Below are positions 7,545 through 16,799 of a DNA stretch of 25,672 nt, in pieces. The notes below the pieces were generated by a model. That model was not told the origin of the DNA, ran no database searches, and was given only the letters and a program-made list of their open reading frames with translations. A program made the translations under genes and the position numbers. Within the stretch, counting starts at the first letter, position 1; each line of letters begins with the position of its first letter. Where the stretch lies: positions 1 through 25,672 of the IMG/VR virus record IMGVR_UViG_3300030330_002725; one strand, 5' to 3'. The stretch is from a virus (Duplodnaviria; Caudoviricetes).

Positions 7545-9068
7545 ATGGCAACAAACAGAGATTTGCTAAAAGAGGCAATTGCTGATGCTAAAGCCGTTAA
7601 GGAAACTGCAATCGCAAACGCCAAACTTGCTCTTGAAGAAGCTTTTACTCCACACCTTAAAACTATGCTAGCTGCAAAGTTAGACGAAATGGATTCTGAT
7701 GATGATAAAGTCAAAGAAGGATACGATACAATGTATGACGAAGACGATATCAAAAAAGAAGAAATGGACGGAAAAAAGAAAAAAGGTAAGGAAGTAAAGG
7801 AAGAAGAAGAAGAAGTTAAAGAAATGGATGCTGTTAGCTTTAGAAGAAAAAATTCTCCTTCCTACGAAATGGACCCGGATGGTGGACCTGTAAATCCAGT
7901 ACCTCACAAGGTTGGTAAGTCTACAGTTCAGGAAGATGAAGTAGAAGAAGAAATTGATCTAGACGAGCTATTAGCTGAATTATCCGAAGATGACAATGTA
8001 GATGAAAACAGACGTACCGATGCTGAAGAAGAAGGATACGAAGATGGATTTAAAGACGCAAAATCAGATATTAAGAAAATCTTAAAAAAATCTGAGGATG
8101 ACGCTGAAGATGAAATTGACGATCTAAAAATTTCAGAAGAAGACAAATCTAAAGACAAAAAGGACGGCATGAAAGAAGAAATGGAAGACATGGACAACTC
8201 CAAAAAGAGAAAGAAAATGGAGGAAGAAATGGAAGATTCTAAAGATTCTAAAAAGAAAAAGGAAATGAAAGAATCAGAAGAAGTTTCTGAAGATGCTCGA
8301 ACTGATGCTGAAGAGGAAGGCTACAAAGATGGTATGAAGGACGAAAAAGAAGACATGGAAGACAAGGAAATTGACCTTGAAGATATGTCTGAAGACGACC
8401 TAAAAGGATTCATTGAAGATGTCATTAAAGATATGATCGTTGATGGTGAAATTGAGCCAGGAGACGAATTTGTTGAGGACGAAGTTGAAGTCGAAGACGT
8501 TGAAGACGTAGACGTAGACGTAGAAATTGACGAAGAAATGAAAAAGCCAGAAGATAAAAAGAAAAAGGAAGTGAAAGAAGAAGAGATAGACGAAATGTCT
8601 AAAAAAGAAAAAAGAGAAGGCGACATGAGAAAACCTTTCAAAGACAGATCAAAAGCACAAAAAATGACATTAGATATGTCAAGAGACGGTGAAAGCGATT
8701 CTGAAATGAAAGAAGAATTAGAAGCAGCTATAGCTCAAGTAAATGAGTTAAAAACTGAACTAAATGAAGTTAATCTTTTAAATGCTAAACTTCTTTACAC
8801 TAACAAAATCTTCAAAGCTAAAAACTTAACCGAAAGTAAAAAAGTTAAGGTATTAAAAGCATTTGACAAAGCTAAGGATGTTAGACAAGCTAAAACTATC
8901 TATGAAACATTACAAGAAGGTTTAATTGATAAATCTTCAATTAATGAATCAATTAGAAAAGGTTCAGCTTCGAAAGCTAGTGGTTTAGAACCTAAATCAC
9001 AGAAACAACCTATAATTGAGTCTAATGCTGTGTATGACCGTATGCGTAAGCTAGCGGGATTAATTTAA
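7545..9068 (+). CDS. Prohead core/scaffold protein, gp22-like position
   Basis: Extremely acidic, low-complexity, coiled-coil C-terminus ending RMRKLAGLI. Lies between protease and major capsid protein. Confidence 0.85.
   Translation: MATNRDLLKEAIADAKAVKETAIANAKLALEEAFTPHLKTMLAAKLDEMDSDDDKVKEGYDTMYDEDDIKKEEMDGKKKKGKEVKEEEEEVKEMDAVSFRRKNSPSYEMDPDGGPVNPVPHKVGKSTVQEDEVEEEIDLDELLAELSEDDNVDENRRTDAEEEGYEDGFKDAKSDIKKILKKSEDDAEDEIDDLKISEEDKSKDKKDGMKEEMEDMDNSKKRKKMEEEMEDSKDSKKKKEMKESEEVSEDARTDAEEEGYKDGMKDEKEDMEDKEIDLEDMSEDDLKGFIEDVIKDMIVDGEIEPGDEFVEDEVEVEDVEDVDVDVEIDEEMKKPEDKKKKEVKEEEIDEMSKKEKREGDMRKPFKDRSKAQKMTLDMSRDGESDSEMKEELEAAIAQVNELKTELNEVNLLNAKLLYTNKIFKAKNLTESKKVKVLKAFDKAKDVRQAKTIYETLQEGLIDKSSINESIRKGSASKASGLEPKSQKQPIIESNAVYDRMRKLAGLI
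8013..8342 (+). repeat. Internal peptide repeats in the scaffold
   Basis: RTDAEEEGYEDGFKD (8013-8057) and RTDAEEEGYKDGMKD (8298-8342), plus a 16-aa tandem MKEEMEDMDNSKKRKK / MEEEMEDSKDSKKKKE from 8169. Confidence 0.8.
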
Positions 9069-9098
9069 AAATTTTATTAACCTATTAAATTTAAAACG

Positions 9099-10805
9099 AT
9101 GAGTTTAAATACTTTATTAGAAAGCGCGAACCCTTACCAATCACTACAAAGTGATGCTGCTAAATTAGCTGGTAAGTGGGAAAAAACAGGTCTATTAGAG
9201 GGGTTAGAAGGTGCTCATAAAAATAACATGGGTATTATTCTTGAAAACCAAGCTAAACAACTTGTTGTAGAGAGTTCATTAACTGGTGGAGGCGCTGCTT
9301 CTTCAGGAACTTTCTCAAGCCAAACTGCCGTTAATGTCGGTGGTCAATGGGCTGGAGTTGCTTTACCATTAGTAAGAAAAGTATTTGGTCAGATTGCTGC
9401 AAAAGAATTTGTTAGCGTTCAACCAATGAATCTTCCTTCTGGTCTAGTATTCTTCTTAGATTTCCAATATGGAAATAATAAAACACCTTTCAAAGCTGGT
9501 GAATCATTATATGGTACAGGCGGTGGAGTTAACAACCCATTTGGTAACACAAATGTAGGTGGTTTATATGGTGAAGGTAGATTTGGATATTCTATCCAAA
9601 ATACACAATCATTAGTTTCTACTGGTGTAACAGTAGCAACAGCTTCTTGGAAAGATGTAGATTACGATGCTACGTTATCAGCTTCTGCTGTAGCGAATGA
9701 GCTAGTAAAAATTGGTGTACCTACAGGATCATTAGCATTTGCTGATTTCGCTGGAGTACAAGGATTCCAAATATTCTCAGGATCTAACGGTGGTGTAGCT
9801 GTACACAACACTGGATCTGCTGGTAAGCAGTTTAGTGCATTAACACACTACGATAATGATGGACACGTATACTTTATTGCAAGAACTTCTTCTTTCGGTG
9901 CATTAGCAGCTGACGGTGAAGTAGCAGTAGCATACCAAATCCAACCAACTGATAGATACAGAGGTGACTTTGAAGCGGGTGCAGAATTACCTAACTCGTT
10001 CAACAAACAAAGCGGTTCAGGTGTAGCTGCAGGATGTTGCCCAGAGCAAGTTATTCCAGAAATCAACATTCAGATGAAATCATCTGCAATAGTTGCTAAA
10101 ACTAGAAAACTAAAAGCTGTATGGACTCCTGAGTTTGCACAAGACTTGAATGCATACCATGCATTAGACGCTGAAGCAGAATTAACATCAATCTTAAGTG
10201 AGTATATTTCATTAGAAATCGACTTAGAAATCTTAGGAATGTTATTAGATGACGCTTCTGCAGCTACTGAAGCTTGGTCTGCAGTAAACAATGAAGCTAT
10301 CGTACACTCAACAGGTGCGGTAAGTGACTTGAATTTCTACAACTCACAAGGACAGTGGTTCCAAACTTTAGGAACTAAAATCCAAAAAGTGAGTAACATC
10401 ATCCACCAGAAAACTTTAAGAGGTGGTGCTAATTTCTTAGTATGTTCTCCAACAATCGGTACAATCCTAGAAAGTATTCCAGGATTCGCAGCTGATTCAG
10501 ATGGTGATGCAGCAAAAGCTAATTATGCATTTGGTGTACAGAAAGTAGGTCAATTAAATGGTAGATACAAAGTATATAAAAACCCTTACATGACTAGTAA
10601 CAAAATCTTACTAGGATTTAGAGGTTCACAGTTCCTAGAAAGTGGTGCTGTATTTGCTCCGTATATTCCATTAATTATGACTCCACTAGTATACGATCCA
10701 GATACGTTCGTACCTAGAAAGGGTCTATTGACTAGATATGCTAAGAAAATGGTAAGACCAGAATTCTACGGTACTATCGAAGTTGCTGGTTTAGATACTC
10801 TATAA
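9099..10805 (+). CDS. gp23: Major capsid protein, T4 gp23-like
   Basis: Motifs ILENQ, LPLVRKVF, SVQPMNLPSGLVF, AKTRKLKAVWTPEFAQDLNAYHALDAEAEL, FAPYIPL and PRKGLLTRYA. Confidence 0.97.
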   Translation: MSLNTLLESANPYQSLQSDAAKLAGKWEKTGLLEGLEGAHKNNMGIILENQAKQLVVESSLTGGGAASSGTFSSQTAVNVGGQWAGVALPLVRKVFGQIAAKEFVSVQPMNLPSGLVFFLDFQYGNNKTPFKAGESLYGTGGGVNNPFGNTNVGGLYGEGRFGYSIQNTQSLVSTGVTVATASWKDVDYDATLSASAVANELVKIGVPTGSLAFADFAGVQGFQIFSGSNGGVAVHNTGSAGKQFSALTHYDNDGHVYFIARTSSFGALAADGEVAVAYQIQPTDRYRGDFEAGAELPNSFNKQSGSGVAAGCCPEQVIPEINIQMKSSAIVAKTRKLKAVWTPEFAQDLNAYHALDAEAELTSILSEYISLEIDLEILGMLLDDASAATEAWSAVNNEAIVHSTGAVSDLNFYNSQGQWFQTLGTKIQKVSNIIHQKTLRGGANFLVCSPTIGTILESIPGFAADSDGDAAKANYAFGVQKVGQLNGRYKVYKNPYMTSNKILLGFRGSQFLESGAVFAPYIPLIMTPLVYDPDTFVPRKGLLTRYAKKMVRPEFYGTIEVAGLDTL

Positions 10806-10837
10806 TATTAGGTACTAATCTAGACTTTCAATAAATT

Positions 10838-10866
10838 AAGCCCAGACATAGTCTGGGCTTTTTTTT
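10838..10866 (+). terminator. Rho-independent terminator after the capsid gene
   Basis: AAGCCCAGAC-ATA-GTCTGGGCTT followed by a T run. Confidence 0.92.
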
Positions 10867-10869
10867 CTC

Positions 10870-10879
10870 ATATTTATAA
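10870..10879 (+). promoter_or_regulatory. Putative late promoter motif ATATTTATAA upstream of the neck genes
   Basis: Immediately after the terminator; ATG at 10894. Confidence 0.7.
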
Positions 10880-10893
10880 CAAAATACTATATT

Positions 10894-12372
10894 ATGAATA
10901 TACCAATTTATGATGGTTGTCCTATTTGGAATGAAAATGCTGTACCTTTTGGATTTTATAATGCACAATCTGATTTCCAAACTGATGCTGTTAAAGTAGC
11001 TAAATTTGTTACCTCTAGATTAGGTTATCCTTTAGTAGATATAGAATTACAATCTGGATCAATATTTACTGCTTTTGAAGAAGCCGTTACTACTTATGGT
11101 AATGAGTTATATGCTTATAAAATAAGAGATAATCAATTATCTTTAGAAGGATTATCTACAGGATCTGATTTAAATACAGCTCAATTAAATCCAACATTTG
11201 AACCAATAGTTCGTTTAACTGAGCAATATGGTGCAGAAGCAGGTTCCGGTGGTAATGTACCGTATTATTCCGGTTCTTTTGCATTAACAGCTAGTGTACA
11301 GGATTATTCATTTTCTACATTTATGACTGGAAGTGGATTAACTGGTTCGGAATATGCTAATGGTATAGAAGTTAAAAGAGTATTTTATCAACCACCTTAT
11401 CCAGCATCAGTTAGATATTTAGACCCTTATGATGGATTTGGATTTGGAGGTGCAGTTGCAGCAGGTATAGTTGGATTTGGAGGTTTTGGAATGGGAATGG
11501 GTTATTTAATGGCTCCTCTTAATTTCGATTTACAAGTTATCCAACAAATAGAAATGAATGAAATGGTTAGATTATCTAATTATACATTTGAAATTAGAAA
11601 TGATAAGTTAAGAATATTTCCAATACCTAATAATCAAGACCCAGCAGGAGAACAAGGTAATTCTTTAATACTTAATAATGAGTTACCATTAGATACACCT
11701 GTACCTACAACCACAGCAGCTATTACATCATCAGCTTTAGCTTTAACTGGTGTTTCTGGTAGTGGAGCTACGGGAGCCGTTTTTAGTGATGGAACTAATA
11801 TAACTAAGTTACAAGTAGTTACTACAGGTAGTGGTTATGTAGTGGGAGATGTAATTACAATATCTCAAGCTGATTTAGTATCAGCTGGATTTACAGCAGC
11901 TAGTGGTGATTTAACAAGTACCCTAACTGCAGGAAATATAAATGTTATTTGTACAGCAGGTGAAGTATGGTTTGAATATATTTTAAGAGATGAAAGAATG
12001 GCTACTGCTGTTAAACAAACACCAGATAGAATTACAAATGTATCAAATACACCATTTGAAAATCCTAATTATGATCAAATAAATTCAGTAGGTAGACAAT
12101 GGATATTTGAGTATACTTTAGCATTATCTAAAGAAATGTTAGGTTATGTTAGAGGTAAGTATAGTAGTATACCTATACCAAACGCTGAAGTTAATTTGAA
12201 TCAAGGTGATTTAATATCAGCTGCTACTACAGAAAAAACTAACTTAATAGAAAGATTAAGAGCTTATTTTGATGAAACATCAAGACAAGCACTACTAAAC
12301 CGTAGGGCCTCTGAAGCAGAATCTAAAATGATAGAATTGCAACAGGTTCCTTACACAATTTATATAGGATAA
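10894..12372 (+). CDS. Neck/head-tail adaptor protein, T4 gp13-like, with an inserted beta-rich domain
   Basis: RLGYPLVDIEL near the N-terminus and WIFEYTLALSKEMLGYVRGKY...IP...VNLN at the C-terminus resemble gp13-type adaptors. First gene after the capsid. Confidence 0.8.
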   Translation: MNIPIYDGCPIWNENAVPFGFYNAQSDFQTDAVKVAKFVTSRLGYPLVDIELQSGSIFTAFEEAVTTYGNELYAYKIRDNQLSLEGLSTGSDLNTAQLNPTFEPIVRLTEQYGAEAGSGGNVPYYSGSFALTASVQDYSFSTFMTGSGLTGSEYANGIEVKRVFYQPPYPASVRYLDPYDGFGFGGAVAAGIVGFGGFGMGMGYLMAPLNFDLQVIQQIEMNEMVRLSNYTFEIRNDKLRIFPIPNNQDPAGEQGNSLILNNELPLDTPVPTTTAAITSSALALTGVSGSGATGAVFSDGTNITKLQVVTTGSGYVVGDVITISQADLVSAGFTAASGDLTSTLTAGNINVICTAGEVWFEYILRDERMATAVKQTPDRITNVSNTPFENPNYDQINSVGRQWIFEYTLALSKEMLGYVRGKYSSIPIPNAEVNLNQGDLISAATTEKTNLIERLRAYFDETSRQALLNRRASEAESKMIELQQVPYTIYIG

Positions 12373-12373
12373 T

Positions 12374-12904
12374 ATGGCAATGTTTACCAGAGATAGAGAT
12401 TGGTCTTTAATGAGGCATCTCAATAGAGAATTAATGGGTAATATTGTAACTCAGCAATGCGCTATTTACCAATATCAATTAGAACAAACTAAAGTTAATT
12501 TATATGGTGAAGCATCTGAAGAAAAATATTTTGATGGTCCATATTTATTCAATGTTTTTATAAATAGAGCAAATCAGGAATATATAGAAAATTTAGAAGG
12601 TATTCAATTTAATCAACCTATAGAATTTTATTTTTTAAGGGATGATTTAGTAGAAAAAGATATTGTACCAAGAGTAGGTGATATTATATTATATGAAGAA
12701 GCCTATTTTGGAGTACAAAGTACTATAGAAAATCAATATTGGGGAGGTAAAAATCCTGAATTCCCTAATAATGATTCTGATGGAGAACCTAATCCACTTA
12801 ATCCTGGTTTAGATAGATATGGCAATAATGTATCTCTTTTAGTATCTACTTATTACATACCAGCAGACAAATTATCATTATCACCACATCCAGAAAGATT
12901 CTAA
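12374..12904 (+). CDS. Head closure/neck protein, gp14-like
   Basis: NLYGE motif and PRVGDII motif; syntenic after the gp13-like gene. Confidence 0.65.
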   Translation: MAMFTRDRDWSLMRHLNRELMGNIVTQQCAIYQYQLEQTKVNLYGEASEEKYFDGPYLFNVFINRANQEYIENLEGIQFNQPIEFYFLRDDLVEKDIVPRVGDIILYEEAYFGVQSTIENQYWGGKNPEFPNNDSDGEPNPLNPGLDRYGNNVSLLVSTYYIPADKLSLSPHPERF

Positions 12905-13851
12905 TGGCTAAACCAAGAAAACCAATACCAAAATCCCAGTTAACCCTAAGTAGAAATAAACATTCTGCTTTTAAGGGTAGAGAAGAGCAAGGAGTACAAA
13001 CTAATCCTAATGATGCTAATATACCTAATAACCCTAATTATAGTGAAACAGGTATACAACATAATAGATCAGCTCAATTAAGTTATAAAGAAGATGATAC
13101 TAAACAGTTTTCTGTTGGTATTATGGATATTGATGAAGCTATATTTTGGTATTTTGAAAATAAAATACAACCATTTGTATACCAAAATGGTCAAAGAAGA
13201 GAAGTGCCAATAATTTATGGTGCGCCTGAAAGATGGAAATCATTTCAAAGAGATGGATACTATAGAGATAAAAATGGTGCTATTATGTTACCTATAATGG
13301 TAATAAAAAGAGATTCATTAGCTAAAGATAGAACTGTAGCTAATAAATTAGATGCTAACTTTCCTAATTTATATGGTATATATTCTAAACAATTTAGTCA
13401 AAAGAACTTTTATAGCAATTTTGCTACACTAAATAATAGAAAACCAGTTGAAACCTTCCAAGTTGTAGCTCAACCAGATTATGTAACTATGGAATATAGT
13501 GTACTAGTTCAAACATATTACATGGAACAATTAAATAAAATAATAGAAGCCTGTGAATATGCATCTGATGCTTATTGGGGTGATCCTGAAAGATATATGT
13601 TTAGAGCTTATATAGATCAGTTTACTACTGCTACTGAATTAACAGTAAATAAAGATAGGTTGGTTACTGGTACCTTTAATATTAGATTACGTGGATATAT
13701 TATACCAGATACTATTCAAAAAGATTTAGCTTCTACTAAAAAGTATAATTCTAAGGCTAAAGTTACTATAACAAATGAAGTAGTAAGTGAAGTTGAAACA
13801 GCTGGTGTTGTTACTAAAAATCCTACTAGCGATGGTAGGCATAGAAGTTGA
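12904..13851 (+). CDS. Tail terminator/sheath stabiliser, gp15-like
   Basis: VPIIYGAPERW and LPIMVIKR resemble gp15-type motifs. TAATG coupling to the previous gene; lies before the sheath. Confidence 0.7.
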   Translation: MAKPRKPIPKSQLTLSRNKHSAFKGREEQGVQTNPNDANIPNNPNYSETGIQHNRSAQLSYKEDDTKQFSVGIMDIDEAIFWYFENKIQPFVYQNGQRREVPIIYGAPERWKSFQRDGYYRDKNGAIMLPIMVIKRDSLAKDRTVANKLDANFPNLYGIYSKQFSQKNFYSNFATLNNRKPVETFQVVAQPDYVTMEYSVLVQTYYMEQLNKIIEACEYASDAYWGDPERYMFRAYIDQFTTATELTVNKDRLVTGTFNIRLRGYIIPDTIQKDLASTKKYNSKAKVTITNEVVSEVETAGVVTKNPTSDGRHRS

Positions 13852-13869
13852 CTTTAAGTAGGGTATACT

Positions 13870-13879
13870 ATATTTATAA
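13870..13879 (+). promoter_or_regulatory. Putative late promoter motif ATATTTATAA
   Basis: Intergenic; ATG at 13899. Confidence 0.7.
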
Positions 13880-13898
13880 TAAATAAAAATTACAAATT

Positions 13899-14150
13899 AT
13901 GGAAAGTAAAAAGTTATCAGATAAAGAGTTGCAATCATTAAAAGAATTTCAAGAAAGAAATAATAATATTATTGTCACTCTTGGAACAATAGATGTAAGA
14001 ATAGATGCTCTAGAGGAGCAAAAAGAAAATGAATTAGAAAAATTTCGTAGTTTAACTGTAGAACAAACAACCTTTGGTAAAGAGTTAAACGAAAAGTATG
14101 GTGATGGTAATATAGATCTAGAAAAAGGAGAATTTACACCGTCAAAATAG
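13899..14150 (+). CDS. Small coiled-coil hypothetical protein
   Basis: 83 aa, heptad pattern then KYGDGNIDLEKGEF; has its own upstream motif. Confidence 0.75.
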   Translation: MESKKLSDKELQSLKEFQERNNNIIVTLGTIDVRIDALEEQKENELEKFRSLTVEQTTFGKELNEKYGDGNIDLEKGEFTPSK

Positions 14151-14168
14151 TTTTTTGAAATAGTTTCT

Positions 14169-14179
14169 AATATTTATAA
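14169..14179 (+). promoter_or_regulatory. Putative late promoter motif AATATTTATAA upstream of the sheath
   Basis: Intergenic; ATG at 14209. Confidence 0.7.
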
Positions 14180-14208
14180 TAAAACAATATTAAATATAAT
14201 ATAAGACA

Positions 14209-16200
14209 ATGGCAGAAACATTAATATCTCCAGGTGTATTAGCAAGAGAAAATGACCAATCATTTATTGGCGCAGCTCCAGCTACTTTTGGTGCGGCAAT
14301 AATTGGTCCAGCTGTTAAAGGACCAGTTGGAATCCCAACGGCAGTATCTTCATTTTCACAATATGAAGCCATTTTTGGTGGAACAGTTGAAAGTGGTTCT
14401 CGTTACTATTCATACCTGAATTCAGCAGCAGCACAAAATTATTTCCAACAAGGTGGTGAATCCCTATTAGTAACTAGAGTTGTTAGTGGATCCTTTACAG
14501 AAGCTTCATCTTCAGTAGGTAACAACAACGCAGGTAATGGAGCAGTAATAGAATCTTTTGCACTAGAAACATTAATAACAACTAACACTTCAGACGGAAC
14601 AAATGGTGTATATAATGTATCACCAACTGGAGGTTCAGGTACAGCTTTAGCAGTAACAGTAACAGTAGCAGGTGGTGCAGTAACTAAAATACAAGCAACT
14701 AATGGTGGATCAGGTTACTTACTAAATGAATTTATACAAATATCATCAGGTGATATAGGTGGTTCTACAAATGTAGAATTTAGATTAACTGATGCAAATG
14801 CTTTAGCTAGACAATCAGCTGTAACATTTAAAACTATTTCTGAAGGTACTATAATGAACAACTTTACAGGTTCAGGTGATGGTGCTAACGGAACTTTAAT
14901 TAGTGGTTCAGTAGATAATATTAGAATTGAAGTAACATCTGCCAATACTTCTTCTGGTGAATTTTCATTAGCTGTAAGAAGAGGTAATGATACAACATCA
15001 CAAAAATCTATATTAGAACAATATAATAACCTATCAATGGACCCAGCAGCAGAAAATTATGTTGCTAAAGCGATTGGTGATAGTTTCTTTACAGTAGAAC
15101 AAGATGGAACTGATTTTTATGTAAAATCAAATGGTGACTATCCAAATAGAAGTGCTTATATATTTGTAAGCGCAGTAAACACACCAACTCCAGAATATTT
15201 TGATAATAATGGAGCTGCAAAATCAGAGTTTACAGGTAGTATACCAGTTCCACAATCACAATCTTTCCAAGGAGGAACAGGAGATAATTTCTATAATAAT
15301 GATGCTAAATTTAATGAAAATATAACAGCAGCAAATATTCAAGGAATTGGACCTAATGATTATACACAATCAATAGATTTATTAAGTAATAAAGATGCTT
15401 ATAACTTTAATGTTATCACAGCTCCTGGATTAATTAAATCTTTACACTCAAGCCAAGTAAATAAATTAGTTACTTTAGCTGAAAGTAGAACGGATTGTAT
15501 AGCGGTAGTTGATTTAGTACCTTATAATAGCACAGTAAATACAATAGTAAGCCAAGCAAGCTCATTTGATAGCTCTTATGCTGCTACTTACTGGCCTTGG
15601 TTACAATCAATTAACCCACAAAATGGACAATATGTTTGGAGCCCAGCATCAGTGTTTATTCCTGGTGTATATGCATTTACAGACGCTTCTTCAGACCCAT
15701 GGTTTGCACCTGCAGGTTTAATTAGAGGAGCTTTAGGAAATGTAGTTAAGGCAGAAAGAAAATTAACATCTGGTAATAGAGATTCTTTATATGAAGCAAA
15801 TGTTAACCCAATAGCTACATTCCCAGGAAGTGGAGTTGTAGTATTTGGTCAGAAAACATTACAGAAAAGAGCTAGTGCTTTAGATAGAGTAAATGTTAGA
15901 AGATTATTAATAGCATTAAAATCATTCATAGTACAAGTATCAGATAACCTAGTATTTGAACAAAATACAATAGCTACAAGAAATAATTTCTTAGCGCAGG
16001 TTAATCCATACTTAGAATCAGTACAACAAAGACAAGGATTATTCGCGTTTAAAGTTGTAATGGATGCTACTAATAATACACCTGATGTAATAGATAGAAA
16101 TGAGCTAGTAGGACAAATATTCTTACAGCCAACTAAAACAGCTGAATTCATTATATTAGATTTCAATGTTTTACCAACTGGAGCAACATTTCCATCATAA
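14209..16200 (+). CDS. gp18: Contractile tail sheath protein, gp18-like
   Basis: SPGVLARE N-terminus; YWPW, PWFAPAG, NVNPI, FGQKTL, DRVNVRRL and PTKTAEFIILDF motifs. Confidence 0.96.
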   Translation: MAETLISPGVLARENDQSFIGAAPATFGAAIIGPAVKGPVGIPTAVSSFSQYEAIFGGTVESGSRYYSYLNSAAAQNYFQQGGESLLVTRVVSGSFTEASSSVGNNNAGNGAVIESFALETLITTNTSDGTNGVYNVSPTGGSGTALAVTVTVAGGAVTKIQATNGGSGYLLNEFIQISSGDIGGSTNVEFRLTDANALARQSAVTFKTISEGTIMNNFTGSGDGANGTLISGSVDNIRIEVTSANTSSGEFSLAVRRGNDTTSQKSILEQYNNLSMDPAAENYVAKAIGDSFFTVEQDGTDFYVKSNGDYPNRSAYIFVSAVNTPTPEYFDNNGAAKSEFTGSIPVPQSQSFQGGTGDNFYNNDAKFNENITAANIQGIGPNDYTQSIDLLSNKDAYNFNVITAPGLIKSLHSSQVNKLVTLAESRTDCIAVVDLVPYNSTVNTIVSQASSFDSSYAATYWPWLQSINPQNGQYVWSPASVFIPGVYAFTDASSDPWFAPAGLIRGALGNVVKAERKLTSGNRDSLYEANVNPIATFPGSGVVVFGQKTLQKRASALDRVNVRRLLIALKSFIVQVSDNLVFEQNTIATRNNFLAQVNPYLESVQQRQGLFAFKVVMDATNNTPDVIDRNELVGQIFLQPTKTAEFIILDFNVLPTGATFPS

Positions 16201-16214
16201 AAATTAAAAAATAG

Positions 16215-16225
16215 AATATTTATAA
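16215..16225 (+). promoter_or_regulatory. Putative late promoter motif AATATTTATAA upstream of the tail tube
   Basis: Intergenic; ATG at 16242. Confidence 0.7.
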
Positions 16226-16241
16226 TAAATAAAACAATAAA

Positions 16242-16730
16242 ATGGCAGTATTAGATCCTAACGAAATATTTTTTACAGCATTTGAGCCAAAACAAAAGAA
16301 TAGATTTATTCTTTATGTGGATGGAATCCCTTCGTACCAAATTAAAGGGATAGGAGCTGTAGTCTTAAACCAAGGTACAGTACCTTTAAACCATATTAAT
16401 GTACAAAGATATGTAAAAGGTAAGTCAATTTGGCAACCAATAACAATGACTTTATTTGACCCAATTACTCCATCAGGAGCGCAAGCAGTAATGGAATGGG
16501 TTAGATTACATCACGAATCAGTAACAGGTAGAGATGGATATAGTGATTTCTATAAAAAAGATCTTACTTTAGACGTATTAGGACCTGTAGGTGATATTGT
16601 ATCTGAATGGATTATTAAAGGTGCGTTAATAACTTCAGCCGATTTTGGAGATTTCAATTGGGATACTGAAAATGCTGCTCAGGAAATAAGTTTAGAAGTA
16701 CAACCTGATTATTGTATTCTAAATTTCTAA
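16242..16730 (+). CDS. gp19: Tail tube protein, gp19-like
   Basis: 162 aa directly after the sheath; WQPITMTLFD, YKKD, and W-x-x-x-GA-x-I-T-x-x-x-FGDFNW pattern of gp19-family tubes. Confidence 0.9.
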   Translation: MAVLDPNEIFFTAFEPKQKNRFILYVDGIPSYQIKGIGAVVLNQGTVPLNHINVQRYVKGKSIWQPITMTLFDPITPSGAQAVMEWVRLHHESVTGRDGYSDFYKKDLTLDVLGPVGDIVSEWIIKGALITSADFGDFNWDTENAAQEISLEVQPDYCILNF

Positions 16731-16756
16731 TAGTACCTAGAAATTCTATTAAAAAT

Positions 16757-16783
16757 AGCTTGGCTTTGCCAAGCTTTTTTTTT
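16757..16783 (+). terminator. Rho-independent terminator after the tail tube gene
   Basis: AGCTTGGC-TTT-GCCAAGCT followed by T8. Confidence 0.92.
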
Positions 16784-16789
16784 ATATTG

Positions 16790-16799
16790 ATATGTATAA
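16790..16799 (+). promoter_or_regulatory. Variant late promoter motif ATATGTATAA
   Basis: Immediately after the terminator, same layout as 10870; ATG at 16833. Confidence 0.6.

Noticed and set aside
7700-8720. GAAGAA/GACGAA-rich DNA as a possible CRISPR array or non-coding repeat
   Set aside because: Fully explained by Glu/Asp/Lys codons of the scaffold; no fixed repeat-spacer periodicity.
13848-13880. Sigma70-like TTGACT with downstream TATACT or TATAAT
   Set aside because: Spacers are 10 and 21 nt, not 16-18.
10807-16745. TAGGTACTA after the capsid stop (10809-10817) and its reverse complement TAGTACCTA after the tube stop (16731-16739), each in a weak AT-rich hairpin before a terminator
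   Set aside because: Only 9 nt, opposite orientations and two instances; cannot be distinguished from chance.
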